From the NCBI GenBank assembly GCA_012862495.1, contig BLSG01000227.1, positions 64,845 to 105,785 of the forward strand: DNA of 40,941 nucleotides. The letters are read 5' to 3'. The notes beneath the pieces are model-generated. The model saw only the letters and a list, made by a program, of their open reading frames with translations. It was not told the origin of the DNA and searched no databases. Within the stretch, counting starts at the first letter, position 1; each line of letters opens with the position of its first letter. Both the position numbers and the translations under genes were made by a program. This document shows positions 21,119 through 32,999 of this stretch, one piece after another. The stretch is from Thraustochytrium aureum (taxonomy: Eukaryota).

Positions 21119-22520
21119 TCAGTAGCCTACTCCAACTCCACCTTCATAGTACTCCCCGCCCACTTCGGCTTCCTGGCCGGCCGGTGGCGGCCCCCGTTGT
21201 CGGCGCCGCAAGCTGGGGTCGTGCGTTTCGCGCTGCCTGCCGCCGCGCGAGCGGCTCCGACTTCTCGACTGGCTCCGTGAGCGACTGCGCGACTGGCTCC
21301 GTGACTGGCTGCGTCGCCGAGGCGACGCTTCGAAGCCTGCGTAGTCACCTGCGTAGTCACGTGGTTCGTCCTCCTCCTCCTCCCCCTCCTCCTCGTCGTC
21401 GTCGTAGCCTTGGTCGTAGCCTTGGCCGTAGCCTTGGCCGTAGCCTTGGCCGTACCTTTCGTCGCCTGCCTCGGGGCCGAATCCGCCGCCGTCGTCATAG
21501 TCAAAGGCGCCACCGCCGCGGTAGGCAGCGCCCCGTGCCCCCCTGGGCAAGCCGTCCTGTCCGGCGAACGCCTCGTTGTCCTCGGACCCCTCTGCGTCTG
21601 CCGAGAGAAGAGAAACAGCAGACGCTACCCCAAACACGGCCACAACGAAATATGCGCTCATCGCTTGCACGGCGGTGCAGATCAGCATAAAGGCCACAAA
21701 GCAGCTCAGCTGCCAGTGGTACATGTAGTATCCGGGCCCGAAAAGTCTGCACTGGAATCGCAGCCGAACCTCGAATACCTGGACGAGCGGCGTCGACAGC
21801 AGCACGCGCGCCGCCCCGACGCGCTCGCTCGGGTCCTCCCGCTCTTGTAGCAACTCAAACATGGGCACTTTGATCCTCGTTTCCGCCAGCGCGTGCTCTC
21901 GGCCGCTGGCTGGAGCCTCGCGCGAAGCGCCCCAAGTCCACGGGCGGATCCAACTCGCTCGTGGCGGGGTGATGTGCTCGATCGCGGGCGGCCGATTCCG
22001 CACGAGGACTGGCCGCTTCGAGATCGCGACGACTCGTTTCTTGTCCTCTGCGCACAGCAGCTCCACGGTAGCCATAAAGTTGCCCATTGTGCGCGTATTG
22101 TCGTCGAGTTCTGGCGCATCGAACTCGAGCGCAACGTCGTACCAGAAGCCGGCCGACAGGCGGGACGACGGCTCGCGAGGCCCGTCGTGGGGGTCTTCCT
22201 CGCTATCGCCAATGCGCTGCCATTGTTGGTGGGCGAATTCGAGGTCGACGAGAGCGGAGGGCAGCGCCGGCAGGCTCCCGATGCTCGCGCCGTGTCTCGT
22301 CGCCGCTGCCGCCGCTTGCAGGGCGCTAAACTGGCCACGCCCTGCAGGGTCAAAGTCAAGAAACACAGGCACCTCGAGCATCATCACACCCGGCACAGCT
22401 GTCTGTACACGATCAAGTACAGCACCGCCGTCACCGCGACGGCTGTGGCCAGCAAGAACGAGGCAACCCCAAACGCGGTCGACACCCTGAACAGCAGCGT
22501 GCGCCACTCTGGCCTGACCC
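21119..22520 (-). CDS. Seipin (lipid-droplet biogenesis protein) with low-complexity C-terminal tail; start in gap; frameshift near 22396
   Basis: TM1 (FGVASFLLATAVAVTAVLYLIVY), luminal motifs YDVALEFDAPELDDN...GNFMATVELL and VQVFEVRLRFQCRLFGPGYYMYHW, then TM2. One missing G joins YRQL to VPGVMMLEVPVFLDF. Confidence 0.8.
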
Positions 22521-23029
22521 NNNNNNNNNNNNNNNNNNNNNNNNNNNNNNNNNNNNNNNNNNNNNNNNNNNNNNNNNNNNNNNNNNNNNNNNNNNNNNNN
22601 NNNNNNNNNNNNNNNNNNNNNNNNNNNNNNNNNNNNNNNNNNNNNNNNNNNNNNNNNNNNNNNNNNNNNNNNNNNNNNNNNNNNNNNNNNNNNNNNNNNN
22701 NNNNNNNNNNNNNNNNNNNNNNNNNNNNNNNNNNNNNNNNNNNNNNNNNNNNNNNNNNNNNNNNNNNNNNNNNNNNNNNNNNNNNNNNNNNNNNNNNNNN
22801 NNNNNNNNNNNNNNNNNNNNNNNNNNNNNNNNNNNNNNNNNNNNNNNNNNNNNNNNNNNNNNNNNNNNNNNNNNNNNNNNNNNNNNNNNNNNNNNNNNNN
22901 NNNNNNNNNNNNNNNNNNNNNNNNNNNNNNNNNNNNNNNNNNNNNNNNNNNNNNNNNNNNNNNNNNNNNNNNNNNNNNNNNNNNNNNNNNNNNNNNNNNN
23001 NNNNNNNNNNNNNNNNNNNNNNNNNNNNN

Positions 23030-25618
23030 ATTGGCTTATGCAACCTTGATGAAAGGTGTGGGCGCAGTAGGTTGTGTGGCGCTGTTGGTCCGGCCCGGCA
23101 CTATCGTCGAACGGCTCCAGGCAAATAGGGCACTCGAGAATGGCATCGCTATGCGTTGCGCCGCCTGGGGTCTCGCGTGGCCTGGCTGGCGACGCCTTGG
23201 CGTTCTGCATCGAGTGCTGGCCGGCGTCTCTATCTGGTGTCTGCGTGTTGTCGAGCTGTCCGCCCAGAACAAATCCGGGGGCAAGCACGAAAAGGCCACC
23301 GAGTCCAGTTTGGAGCCATGCAGGGTATGCGAGCAGGCGGTTGGGGAGCAGGGCAGCAATCACGAAGGCGAAACTGGAATCCCGCAATGCAGCGTTCCAG
23401 CCGTTTGGGACCGCAAGTAGCATTATCACAGACGCAACGCACAGCACGAGCCAGAAAACGCCCCACTGCCCGCCACCCACGATGGCCGAGACGAGCTCAT
23501 CGATTACCACGACGCTGTATGGAAGCAAAGCCCAACGGGCTGACCGAAGAGGCCACCGTACACCATGCAATCGAATGTCGCAGACTTCGGCGACGAGCTG
23601 CATTGCGATAACGCCCCCGAAAGAAAACGGGGCAAGCGCACTGCTCAGCAGCCCCGAACCTGTCCCTTTCGGAACGAAGCAGCCTAAAGCAATGCAGCAC
23701 CAGGATGCACGAAAGCTGTCGTTTGGGCCGGTGTTTGGCTGGAGGAGCCGCAGAATAGATTGGGGCCGAATCGACGACGACACCAAGGCCAAGATTATCG
23801 CGCGCTTGAAAGGCAGTGCCATCACGTAGGGGCCCGCAAAGATCGAGGGGGCCTCCTGCTGCACGAAATGAATGAGCCACAGGCACCACCACAGCACGCA
23901 GGCGGCTCGCGCGAGGCGGCCACTCCACACCCCCGATGGCGCCCTGCGAGGTGCACCTCTCGTTGAGACCGTGCGCTGCAAGCACTGCTAGACTGCTGAA
24001 GAGCATGGGAAATACCCAGTCTGCGTTGCCGTACCCAAGCAGGACCACACCAGTCGCACTGGCAGCCCCGATAGCCGGAAGACGTATCGGCGACCACATA
24101 GAGCGAAGTGAGGCAGCGTGCAGCGCATCGAGACGCCAAGCCCTCAGCACAATGACTCCCACAGCAGCTATCTTGCAAAGCACAAGCATGGGGAGAATCG
24201 CGGGAGGTGCGCGGAGCAAGTCGTCCAGGCCTTGAAAGAACTGCCGGGTGAAAACCTGTGCCACAAGCAGAGCCACGAGCGCCGCATTGACGTTCGGCAA
24301 TTGGTCAAGGCGCTGGGTAACCGGAAACCTTGGCAACAGCCAAATGGCGATGACTGCGAATGCACTCTCAAGAGGCGAGATGGTAAGCTCCGAAAGAATG
24401 CTCTCGTCCTCTCCGGAGGGGCACATCCTCCGAAACTGCTGCAAGACGGTAAGAACTAGCATCGGAACGAAGTTGGAGCGATTGAAGACGACTGGGAGCC
24501 CACCCAGCACGAGCATCTGAGGAAGGTCCGACATGAAAAAGCCTGACCAAGTCCAGGCGCCCGCACAGTCTAGGTTTGCGCCCATGCCTTGTACGAACTT
24601 GAGTAGCAGCACTCCGCAGATGATGACTGTGACGCCTGCAGCTAGTGCGAGCTCGAGGAAAATGCGCAAAAGTGTTGTGAGGAAGCGGTCAAGTGGGCCT
24701 CTAGGAGATGGATTGATTATCCGGTTGAATGGGCGTCCAAATGTCGGGCGACGAAAGCTCGTGAGCGAATCCATGCTGTCCCACAGGTCCAGCACCGGTA
24801 CAACGAGAAATACGGTGAAGACAAAGCCCACAAAGCCGACCAAAGAGGGCGCCACGGTCCAAGAGACAACAAGAAAGCCTGCGACCACCCATGCATCGAC
24901 ACAGCCTCTGAAAAGCGCAGATGCAGCGAAAACGATTGCCAGGAAAACCGTCCCCATCCAGTGCCCCGCACCCAGCCCTTCGTCGTCTGCGTGTTTGCTC
25001 CAAAGCCAAGAAACGAAATTGAGAACCAAGGAAATTGCCACGAGAGCGACGGCCGCGACAAACATGCCGTCAAGCGGCTTGACCCACTCAACTCTCCTAG
25101 CCGCGTCAATTTGGGGGACTACCGGTGGCTCTGTTTCTCGCGGCTGCGCTTGAGCTGGCTGTGGCGATTGCGGAGGCCGAAAAGTCCGGATGTCCCGAAT
25201 GCGGCTGTGTATATAGTCCCTTGTGGCTTGGTTGTCGAACAACACCTTGGACGACCACTCGTTCTTGCGCCGAAGTCGGATTCCGAACGTGAATCGGCCG
25301 TTGGACGGACTGAACATGGTTTCAAAGACGCTCATCCTGTCTCGCGAAGCGTCTGCGCTGTCCAAGGCCAAGACCTCGGCTGGGCCCGATGCCTCTTTGG
25401 TCTTGTACAGCAGAAACACCGTCTCGCGTTCCTCCAAAACGACGACCAAGAACAGCTTGCGCGCCATCAGCGACCGCGGGCCGCGCCATCGCACGGCCAC
25501 GAGGGCGTTATTTAGCGTCGAAACCCCAAGCCGCGCTTCCGCCTCAACGACGGCCGCCGCACTCAGCGCTCCGTACCGCTCTCGGGCGCGTTTGTCTGGC
25601 GAGCGCACCACGCGCCAT
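23030..25618 (-). CDS. Multi-pass membrane protein with N-terminal PH-like region and C-terminal RING-H2 finger (putative E3 ligase); frameshifted, 3' end in gap
   Basis: ORF 25611..23497 has many TM segments and shifts near the G5 run at about 23930-23934 into the frame ending CPICLEPF...CAHTFHQGCISQ (RING-H2). The nearest upstream ATG is at 25618, one base off frame. Confidence 0.65.
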
Positions 25619-26102
25619 TTCCGGCCGCAAGCTTCCCAGGGGGTCAGGGGGACAGACTTTCAGCCTCTCGAGCCCAGCCAGCCAGCCGGCCAGCCAGCCG
25701 ACTCGACGCCCGCCCGCACGCACGCGCTCGCACGCCCTTGGCAGTTCAGGGACTGCTGTTGCACACTCCTACCTGCGAGGGACCGTCTCGAGATGGCCGG
25801 GCTGTCCTCGTCGCGAAGGCGAGTGCAGTGACTCGGACATACCACAGGCGAACTTGACTGACCGTGCGCCGTATGCGACGGCAGTCACGTGGACGACTGC
25901 ACCGGTAAGCCCAGGCCGTGAGGCTGGCTGGCGGTCGCGAGGCGTTCAAGTCGCAGGCCTACCACCTCCATGTCGAGTTCACTTGCACTTTGAGAGCCTT
26001 GAACATATCTTGAAATTGTCTCGAGAGCCAAGACTTGTCCAACGGACACATTGCAGGACGGGACATGTCGGGAAGCGCAGCAGGCTGCCTGCCAGCAAAG
26101 CC

Positions 26103-26275
26103 TTGGCGCTGGTCGAGTCGGGCGTGGCTTGGTCGGAACACGCTTGGCTTGGTCGATTTCGCTTGGCTTGGTCGATTCGCTTGGCTTGGTCGGAACACGA
26201 TTGGCTTGGTCGGAACACGATTGGCTTGGTCGAGTCGCGGCGCTTGGCTTGGTCGAGACCCGCTTGGCTAAGACG
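26103..26275 (+). repeat. Mini-array: 12-bp core TTGGCTTGGTCG with 6-11 bp variable spacers, 9 units
   Basis: Six perfect cores at 26144, 26163, 26181, 26201, 26221 and 26244, a one-mismatch copy at 26124, and degenerate end copies at 26103 and 26264. Confidence 0.9.
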
Positions 26276-26370
26276 GGGCCGACTCTGGCGCGGCGTCTCG
26301 GGCAGGCTGCGCGCGGTCTACGTGCACGCTCGACGCGGACGCGAGCAAGGCGTGACGTGTGCTGGTCAAC

Positions 26371-27523
26371 ATGACGTGGGACACCGTTGCCATTGCCACA
26401 CAGTGGGGCAGGCCGCTCGCGTTTGGCACGTCGAGCTTGGACGCGAAGAAACGCGTAGTGCCACTGTGCCGGCTCGGGGCGTGCCTGTCGCAAATGTGCC
26501 GCGGGAACACGGTATTAGCTAGTGCAAAGTGCGAAGACGGGCGGACAGTGTACGCAGTCCAAGGATGGGTCGGCGACATTGACACAGACGCAGAGCCCGT
26601 GCTTTGCATCCTCTTGTCAAACGTGAAAGGAGGGGAGGAGGTAGCAACACGGCAAGACGCGCACATGACTGGCTTGGCCGTGCTTGACGGGCTTGACGCC
26701 GAGCATGGATCAAGTCTTGTCCTCGAGCTCGCCGCCATGCGCGAGGAGAACGAGAGCAACGGAGACGAGTACTCGTTTTCGAGCAGCATCGGGCAAGAGA
26801 GCGCCAAGGCGCTTCCATCGCTCGTGCGCTTTCAAGACCGCGTCGTCCAGCGCTTTCTCCGCAAGGAAAGCCCAACTGCGACAATCCTGAGGCCGTATTT
26901 CGAGCTCGCCCTGATTGTGGACACACGGTTCGAGGCGTGGACAGCCGTAGCGAGCATCTGCCAGACGGAGACGCTGGAGAGCAACTCGATGGCGCACGAG
27001 GCGTTTTGGACGGCGTGCCGTGGGACATCTTGCACGGTTCTGCGCGAGCTGCTCCCGAAAAAGTGCTGGCAAGCGCTTGAGAAACGCGGTGGGGAGCTCG
27101 AACAGGAGAAATGGGAAGTGCTCACCATGTGCCACGATGACGATGTCCCGTTTGAAATCCACGTAGTCCGCCTCGGCAACCTGGTTTTTGTTGGCCCAAA
27201 CCGCGGGCGATGGCGAGTCAGGTGGTGTCGAGGCCCTAGGCGAGGCCGCTCTCGTGGTGAAGCAGGAGCTGGACCACCTCATCTTCACACCGGACCTGGG
27301 GGCTGTGGGAGAGCGAGAGAAGCTCCTCGGGAGAAACAACAGCGTTCAGAAGATAATTCGAAAGCTGAGCTCGCCGCGTTTCGAGAGCGCCAGGCGAGAA
27401 ACGCACAGCAGCGACCAGGGCAAGCTGACCGCGATCGAGCCCGGCATCGAAGAGAATGGCGACGAAGCGATTGACGACGGTTCCCCAGTGGAACCCTTTG
27501 ACCCGAGCAAGGACATTGCGTAA
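26371..27523 (+). CDS. Hypothetical protein; frameshift near 27186
   Basis: Long protein-like ORF from ATG 26371. Removing one T from the T-run near 27185-27189 continues it into LAQTAGDG...PSKDIA*. AATAAA overlaps the stop (27522-27527). Confidence 0.6.
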
Positions 27524-27592
27524 TAAAACTCATTCGGGCACAGTTGGCCCCCGAGGCGGGCGGGCGCGCCCGCCCTCATTCGTTTACAAAAC

Positions 27593-27614
27593 AGAGAGAG
27601 AGAGAGAGAGAGAG
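27593..27614 (+). repeat. (AG)11 microsatellite between convergent genes
   Basis: Direct read. Confidence 0.9.
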
Positions 27615-27711
27615 TTGTGGTTCATTGTCAGTGTTTTTGGGGGGGTCACGCTACCGCACGCACTTGTCGCGTGCAAGTTATTTTGCAACCAAAGCTCACA
27701 AGTGCGCTCAC

Positions 27712-29070
27712 TCATTTCTGCTCGCGCAAGGCAAAGAGGGCGACCAGGCCGGCTGCGATCGCCGCGGCGCCCAGAGCGAGGATGAGCGGCTTGGGGTCGT
27801 TGGCCGTCTTGTCATCTACCTTGGGGCCGCCCGGGGTCGGCTCGTCCGCGGCAGGCGGTTTCGCGGACGAAACCGCGGCTACCGGCGCCGGCGCGGCGGC
27901 GGCAGGCGCAGCAGCAGGCGCAGCCGACGACGCAGTATTTTGTGCTGGTGCAGGCGCGATGCCGCTCGTGTCCACACCAAGCGACTCGATTCCGGAGGTA
28001 TCCTCGTCCTCCGGGTACATGCCAGCGTTTTGCATAGCTTTGCGGAGCTCGTCGACGGCCTCGCGCAGCTCGGCCTTTTTGGCAGGGCGCTCCTTCATGA
28101 GAAACCGCTGTAGGCGCTCCTCGACATCGTCGCCGTAGACGTTCTTGAGCTCAAAGTACGCGTTCTGGAACTTTACGCTCAGCAGCACGGCCTCTTGCGC
28201 CTGCAGCGAGTCCTGCGGCATCGTCTCTAGCTCGGGCCCGAGGCGGCGGTTCGGCACGATGTCGCGGATGGCCCTGGCAAAGCGGATGACGCGCTCGTCC
28301 ATGCTGAGGGAGTCGATCTGGTTGCGCGCCTCGGCGGCCTTGTCATCGACGGGCGGCTCGCCGCGCAGCATTTTGACATACGCGGGGCCGTCAAACTTGG
28401 AGGGGCGCACCTCGGGTGGAGTCATGTACGGCGAGCAGAGGTCGAGCTCGTCGCCGTCGATGCGAAAGATGTGCTTGACCTCCGGGGCGGGCGGCTGCCC
28501 TGGCTCTTGGTGCACGAGCAGGTCGAGCCACATCGGGTCTTCGGCCACGTTGAGCTTGAGGCGCGCCAGGAGTTGGCGTCCGAACACGGACACGAGGACT
28601 TGGGACTCGCTCTGGAACTCGAAAGTCTGCACGTACCCGCCGAGCTCGTCCGAGACCTTGCCGTACCATTTGCCCTTGAGCTGTTCGAAGACGCGTTTCA
28701 GCTTGACTGCGTTGCGGAGCGTTGGGACCATGCGGTTGTCCTCCTCTAGCGCCTCGAGCTTGTTGATGGCCTCGTCGCATTGGTCCAGGTCGCCAGTGCG
28801 GTACAGAGCCTGTCCGAGTCGCGTGTAGCCCTTGGGCCACTCTGGCGCCAGTCTGACGCACTCGCGCGCGTCGGAGACAGCCTTCTCCAGGTTGTTGAGC
28901 TTGAGGTACGCAGCGGCCCTGTTAGAGAACAGGAGGTAGTTTTCGGGGTCTAGCTCGAGTCCCTTTGTGTATGCCTGGACTGCCTTCTCGGGCTGTCCCT
29001 TCCCGAAGTGCTCGTTCCCCTGATTCTTCAGCTCCAGCACCTTTTCCTCGACATCCTCCGCCGCAACCAT
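27712..29070 (-). CDS. Carboxylate-clamp TPR co-chaperone-like protein with central beta-rich domain and C-terminal membrane anchor
   Basis: Three TPRs (KNQGNEHF, SNRAAAYLKL, WPKGYTRLGQAL), an Ala/Pro linker, and terminal LILALGAAAIAAGLVALFALREQK*. ATG at 29070 in AGGATG context. Confidence 0.85.
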   Translation of the reverse strand: MVAAEDVEEKVLELKNQGNEHFGKGQPEKAVQAYTKGLELDPENYLLFSNRAAAYLKLNNLEKAVSDARECVRLAPEWPKGYTRLGQALYRTGDLDQCDEAINKLEALEEDNRMVPTLRNAVKLKRVFEQLKGKWYGKVSDELGGYVQTFEFQSESQVLVSVFGRQLLARLKLNVAEDPMWLDLLVHQEPGQPPAPEVKHIFRIDGDELDLCSPYMTPPEVRPSKFDGPAYVKMLRGEPPVDDKAAEARNQIDSLSMDERVIRFARAIRDIVPNRRLGPELETMPQDSLQAQEAVLLSVKFQNAYFELKNVYGDDVEERLQRFLMKERPAKKAELREAVDELRKAMQNAGMYPEDEDTSGIESLGVDTSGIAPAPAQNTASSAAPAAAPAAAAPAPVAAVSSAKPPAADEPTPGGPKVDDKTANDPKPLILALGAAAIAAGLVALFALREQK

Positions 29071-32000
29071 CCTGCCAGCTCTCACTCAGCGTTGGACAGC
29101 GACAGAAACTGCAGCGACGCCGACACCGGAGCCCGTGGTCGGCGGAACGAACCCCCAACCAACCACCCAAACGTCGATCCTTCAGCCTGCGAAGCGGAGC
29201 GAGTCCGCGTTGCCCCCGCAGCCGCTGTGCCGCGCAGCACGGCGCCAAATCCTGTCGAGCCGCTGCTGCTGCTCTGCTCTGCTCTGCTCTGCTCTGCTCT
29301 GCCGCGCGCGCGAAGGCTTTCCGCTCTGCCAGCGTCAAACTCGCGCTTTCTGGAGCACTCGCGCACGTCGACCAGCGGCTGGCTGGCTGGCTGGCGCCGC
29401 GACCCTCGCCCTGCCCTCTATTAACGCCGACGCACAACACAATACGTCAGGGCTTCAGATACTGCGNNNNNNNNNNNNNNNNNNNNNNNNNNNNNNNNNN
29501 NNNNNNNNNNNNNNNNNNNNNNNNNNNNNNNNNNNNNNNNNNNNNNNNNNNNNNNNNNNNNNNNNNNNNNNNNNNNNNNNNNNNNNNNNNNNNNNNNNNN
29601 NNNNNNNNNNNNNNNNNNNNNNNNNNNNNNNNNNNNNNNNNNNNNNNNNNNNNNNNNNNNNNNNNNNNNNNNNNNNNNNNNNNNNNNNNNNNNNNNNNNN
29701 NNNNNNNNNNNNNNNNNNNNNNNNNNNNNNNNNNNNNNNNNNNNNNNNNNNNNNNNNNNNNNNNNNNNNNNNNNNNNNNNNNNNNNNNNNNNNNNNNNNN
29801 NNNNNNNNNNNNNNNNNNNNNNNNNNNNNNNNNNNNNNNNNNNNNNNNNNNNNNNNNNNNNNNNNNNNNNNNNNNNNNNNNNNNNNNNNNNNNNNNNNNN
29901 NNNNNNNNNNNNNNNNNNNNNNNNNNNNNNNNNNNNNNNNNNNNNNNNNNNNNNNNNNNNNNNNNNNNNNNNNNNNNNNNNNNNNNNNNNNNNNNNNNNN
30001 NNNNNNNNNNNNNNNNNNNNNNNNNNNNNNNNNNNNNNNNNNNNNNNNNNNNNNNNNNNNNNNNNNNNNNNNNNNNNNNNNNNNNNNNNNNNNNNNNNNN
30101 NNNNNNNNNNNNNNNNNNNNNNNNNNNNNNNNNNNNNNNNNNNNNNNNNNNNNNNNNNNNNNNNNNNNNNNNNNNNNNNNNNNNNNNNNNNNNNNNNNNN
30201 NNNNNNNNNNNNNNNNNNNNNNNNNNNNNNNNNNNNNNNNNNNNNNNNNNNNNNNNNNNNNNNNNNNNNNNNNNNNNNNNNNNNNNNNNNNNNNNNNNNN
30301 NNNNNNNNNNNNNNNNNNNNNNNNNNNNNNNNNNNNNNNNNNNNNNNNNNNNNNNNNNNNNNNNNNNNNNNNNNNNNNNNNNNNNNNNNNNNNNNNNNNN
30401 NNNNNNNNNNNNNNNNNNNNCACGATAGCGGGTCAGCTCGTGAGGTGTACGAGAACGCGCGTTTTCAGGCCACCTTGCTGCTCAAGACCGCTTTTTCATT
30501 TTTTTCAACGTTTTTGTTGCTTTTTTTTCTCAAAAACGAAAGTGGGATTGTATACAGTGAGCCAGGAACGACCTCACGGGGAAATCCAGAGCAGGGAACA
30601 AAGGGTAGCGACTGTGTTCGTCGGGGGCCGCCAAGTTGGCGTGCGCGCGTGGACACGCGACGCGCAGCCAACTCCAAGAGCGCAGAGCCCTCGACGCTTT
30701 GCTGCTTTGCGCAAGGAGGCTTGGGCAACTCTGGGTTCTGGTTGCTCGTGTCGATGGCTCGGCTCTGGTCCACGGCCGGCCAGTCTGGGAGTGGCGCGGC
30801 CCGGAAATTGGCGAGGGTCCGCCAAAGCCAACAGCGCCCGAGCTGGTTGGTGCCTTGGCAGACAAGGCACGCGCTCCGCTAGTCGCCCTTGGCGGGCGAC
30901 GAGGGGATCTCGCGTGCGTGGCACAGGGCGCGATTGGCGCCGCCACGTCGGAGATCGAGGTCTTTTGCAAAAAGGCTCGCCTTGCCCCAGCGCATCGCAA
31001 ATAGCGTCGCAGGTGGGATTGGGCTGATGGCATCGCAGGCGTTCATTGCTGCTGCTCCAAACCCGTCCGCGTCGTCCGCGTCGCGCTAAACATGGGTCGA
31101 AAGATCGGCTCGATTCGATGGCCGCTTTCGACGCGAAGGCCCCCGCCCCCGCCTCGTTGCAAACCCAACAACCTGAACGTGCGTGTCCTTGAGCGCAGCA
31201 AACAAGTCGAGTCTCCCTGCAAGAACTGGCAGCCGTGTCCAGGTGGGCCTTGTGCTCATTGTCCACAGCGGGCGATCGTGTGCCTGGTGCCTGCGCCAGC
31301 TCGTCGCCCGCTTGCTCGATGAGGCGCGCCTGGAGCCTCACACCCACGCCGGGGCGCCGCGATGCTCGTGCAGGCTTCAGAGAGCGCGCAAGCCCCGGAA
31401 GGGCCCCGGAAGAAATCAATCCAACCCCTGGCAGGTTCGCCCGTGAGGGAGCTCTTCTGGCCTCACAAGCGGCTCTTGCGAGGGAGCCAAAGGCCAGCTT
31501 TTTGTGCATCACGACAGAGCGAACAGACAAGAGCCTGGTGGAGAAGTGGGTACCAGACAGGCCAGAACAGACCGCCTCCTGCGAACGGGCAGTGCATCGC
31601 GCACACCGTCGTGGCTTCTCTCACGGGTCCCGTTCGGCGCAAACCCAAAGCCGGCCACAACAAACTGCAGTCCCTGTGGAAGGCGAGGCTCGCCTCGCCT
31701 TTTTTCAGACCATTCCTTCCTTCTCCGCTCCTGCCTTGGTCAGCGCCAAGGCAACGCGCAAAGCCGCGAGGAATACTTTTTTTCCTTCTGTTTCCGCTCG
31801 TCCTGTTGATTGAAAGTGTGATTGAGCTTGCCAGTGGCAGCCTCCACAAACGAGAGGCGCCTCCTTCCTCAGGGGAAATGCGGCGCGCGCTCTCCCCTCC
31901 GCGTGTGAGGCGGCCGCAGGTGTGCACAGGTGTGCGTTCCGCTCCCTCACAGGCCGGCTGGGCGAGTGAACGACCAGCGGCAGAGGCGAGCAGGCATGGA

Positions 32001-32999
32001 AGCTTGGCCTGGCTGGCAGAGGCGCAGGAGGCGGAGGAAGATTTTGGAATCTCGACTCTGTAAAAGTATGTGGTGGNNNNNNNNNNNNNNNNNNNNNNNN
32101 NNNNNNNNNNNNNNNNNNNNNNNNNNNNNNNNNNNNNNNNNNNNNNNNNNNNNNNNNNNNNNNNNNNNNNNNNNNNNNNNNNNNNNNNNNNNNNNNNNNN
32201 NNNNNNNNNNNNNNNNNNNNNNNNNNNNNNNNNNNNNNNNNNNNNNNNNNNNNNNNNNNNNNNNNNNNNNNNNNNNNNNNNNNNNNNNNNNNNNNNNNNN
32301 NNNNNNNNNNNNNNNNNNNNNNNNNNNNNNNNNNNNNNNNNNNNNNNNNNNNNNNNNNNNNNNNNNNNNNNNNNNNNNNNNNNNNNNNNNNNNNNNNNNN
32401 NNNNNNNNNNNNNNNNNNNNNNNNNNNNNNNNNNNNNNNNNNNNNNNNNNNNNNNNNNNNNNNNNNNNNNNNNNNNNNNNNNNNNNNNNNNNNNNNNNNN
32501 NNNNNNNNNNNNNNNNNNNNNNNNNNNNNNNNNNNNNNNNNNNNNNNNNNNNNNNNNNNNNNNNNNNNNNNNNNNNNNNNNNNNNNNNNNNNNNNNNNNN
32601 NNNNNNNNNNNNNNNNNNNNNNNNNNNNNNNNNNNNNNNNNNNNNNNNNNNNNNNNNNNNNNNNNNNNNNNNNNNNNNNNNNNNNNNNNNNNNNNNNNNN
32701 NNNNNNNNNNNNNNNNNNNNNNNNNNNNNNNNNNNNNNNNNNNNNNNNNNNNNNNNNNNNNNNNNNNNNNNNNNNNNNNNNNNNNNNNNNNNNNNNNNNN
32801 NNNNNNNNNNNNNNNNNNNNNNNNNNNNNNNNNNNNNNNNNNNNNNNNNNNNNNNNNNNNNNNNNNNNNNNNNNNNNNNNNNNNNNNNNNNNNNNNNNNN
32901 NNNNNNNNNNNNNNNNNNNNNNNNNNNNNNNNNNNNNNNNNNNNNNNNNNNNNNNNNNNNNNNNNNNNNNNNNNNNNNNNNNNNNNNNNNNNNNNNNNN

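Noticed and set aside
26103..26275. CRISPR array
   Set aside because: The repeat is only 12 bp, spacers are 6-11 bp and recur, there are no cas genes, and the context is eukaryotic.
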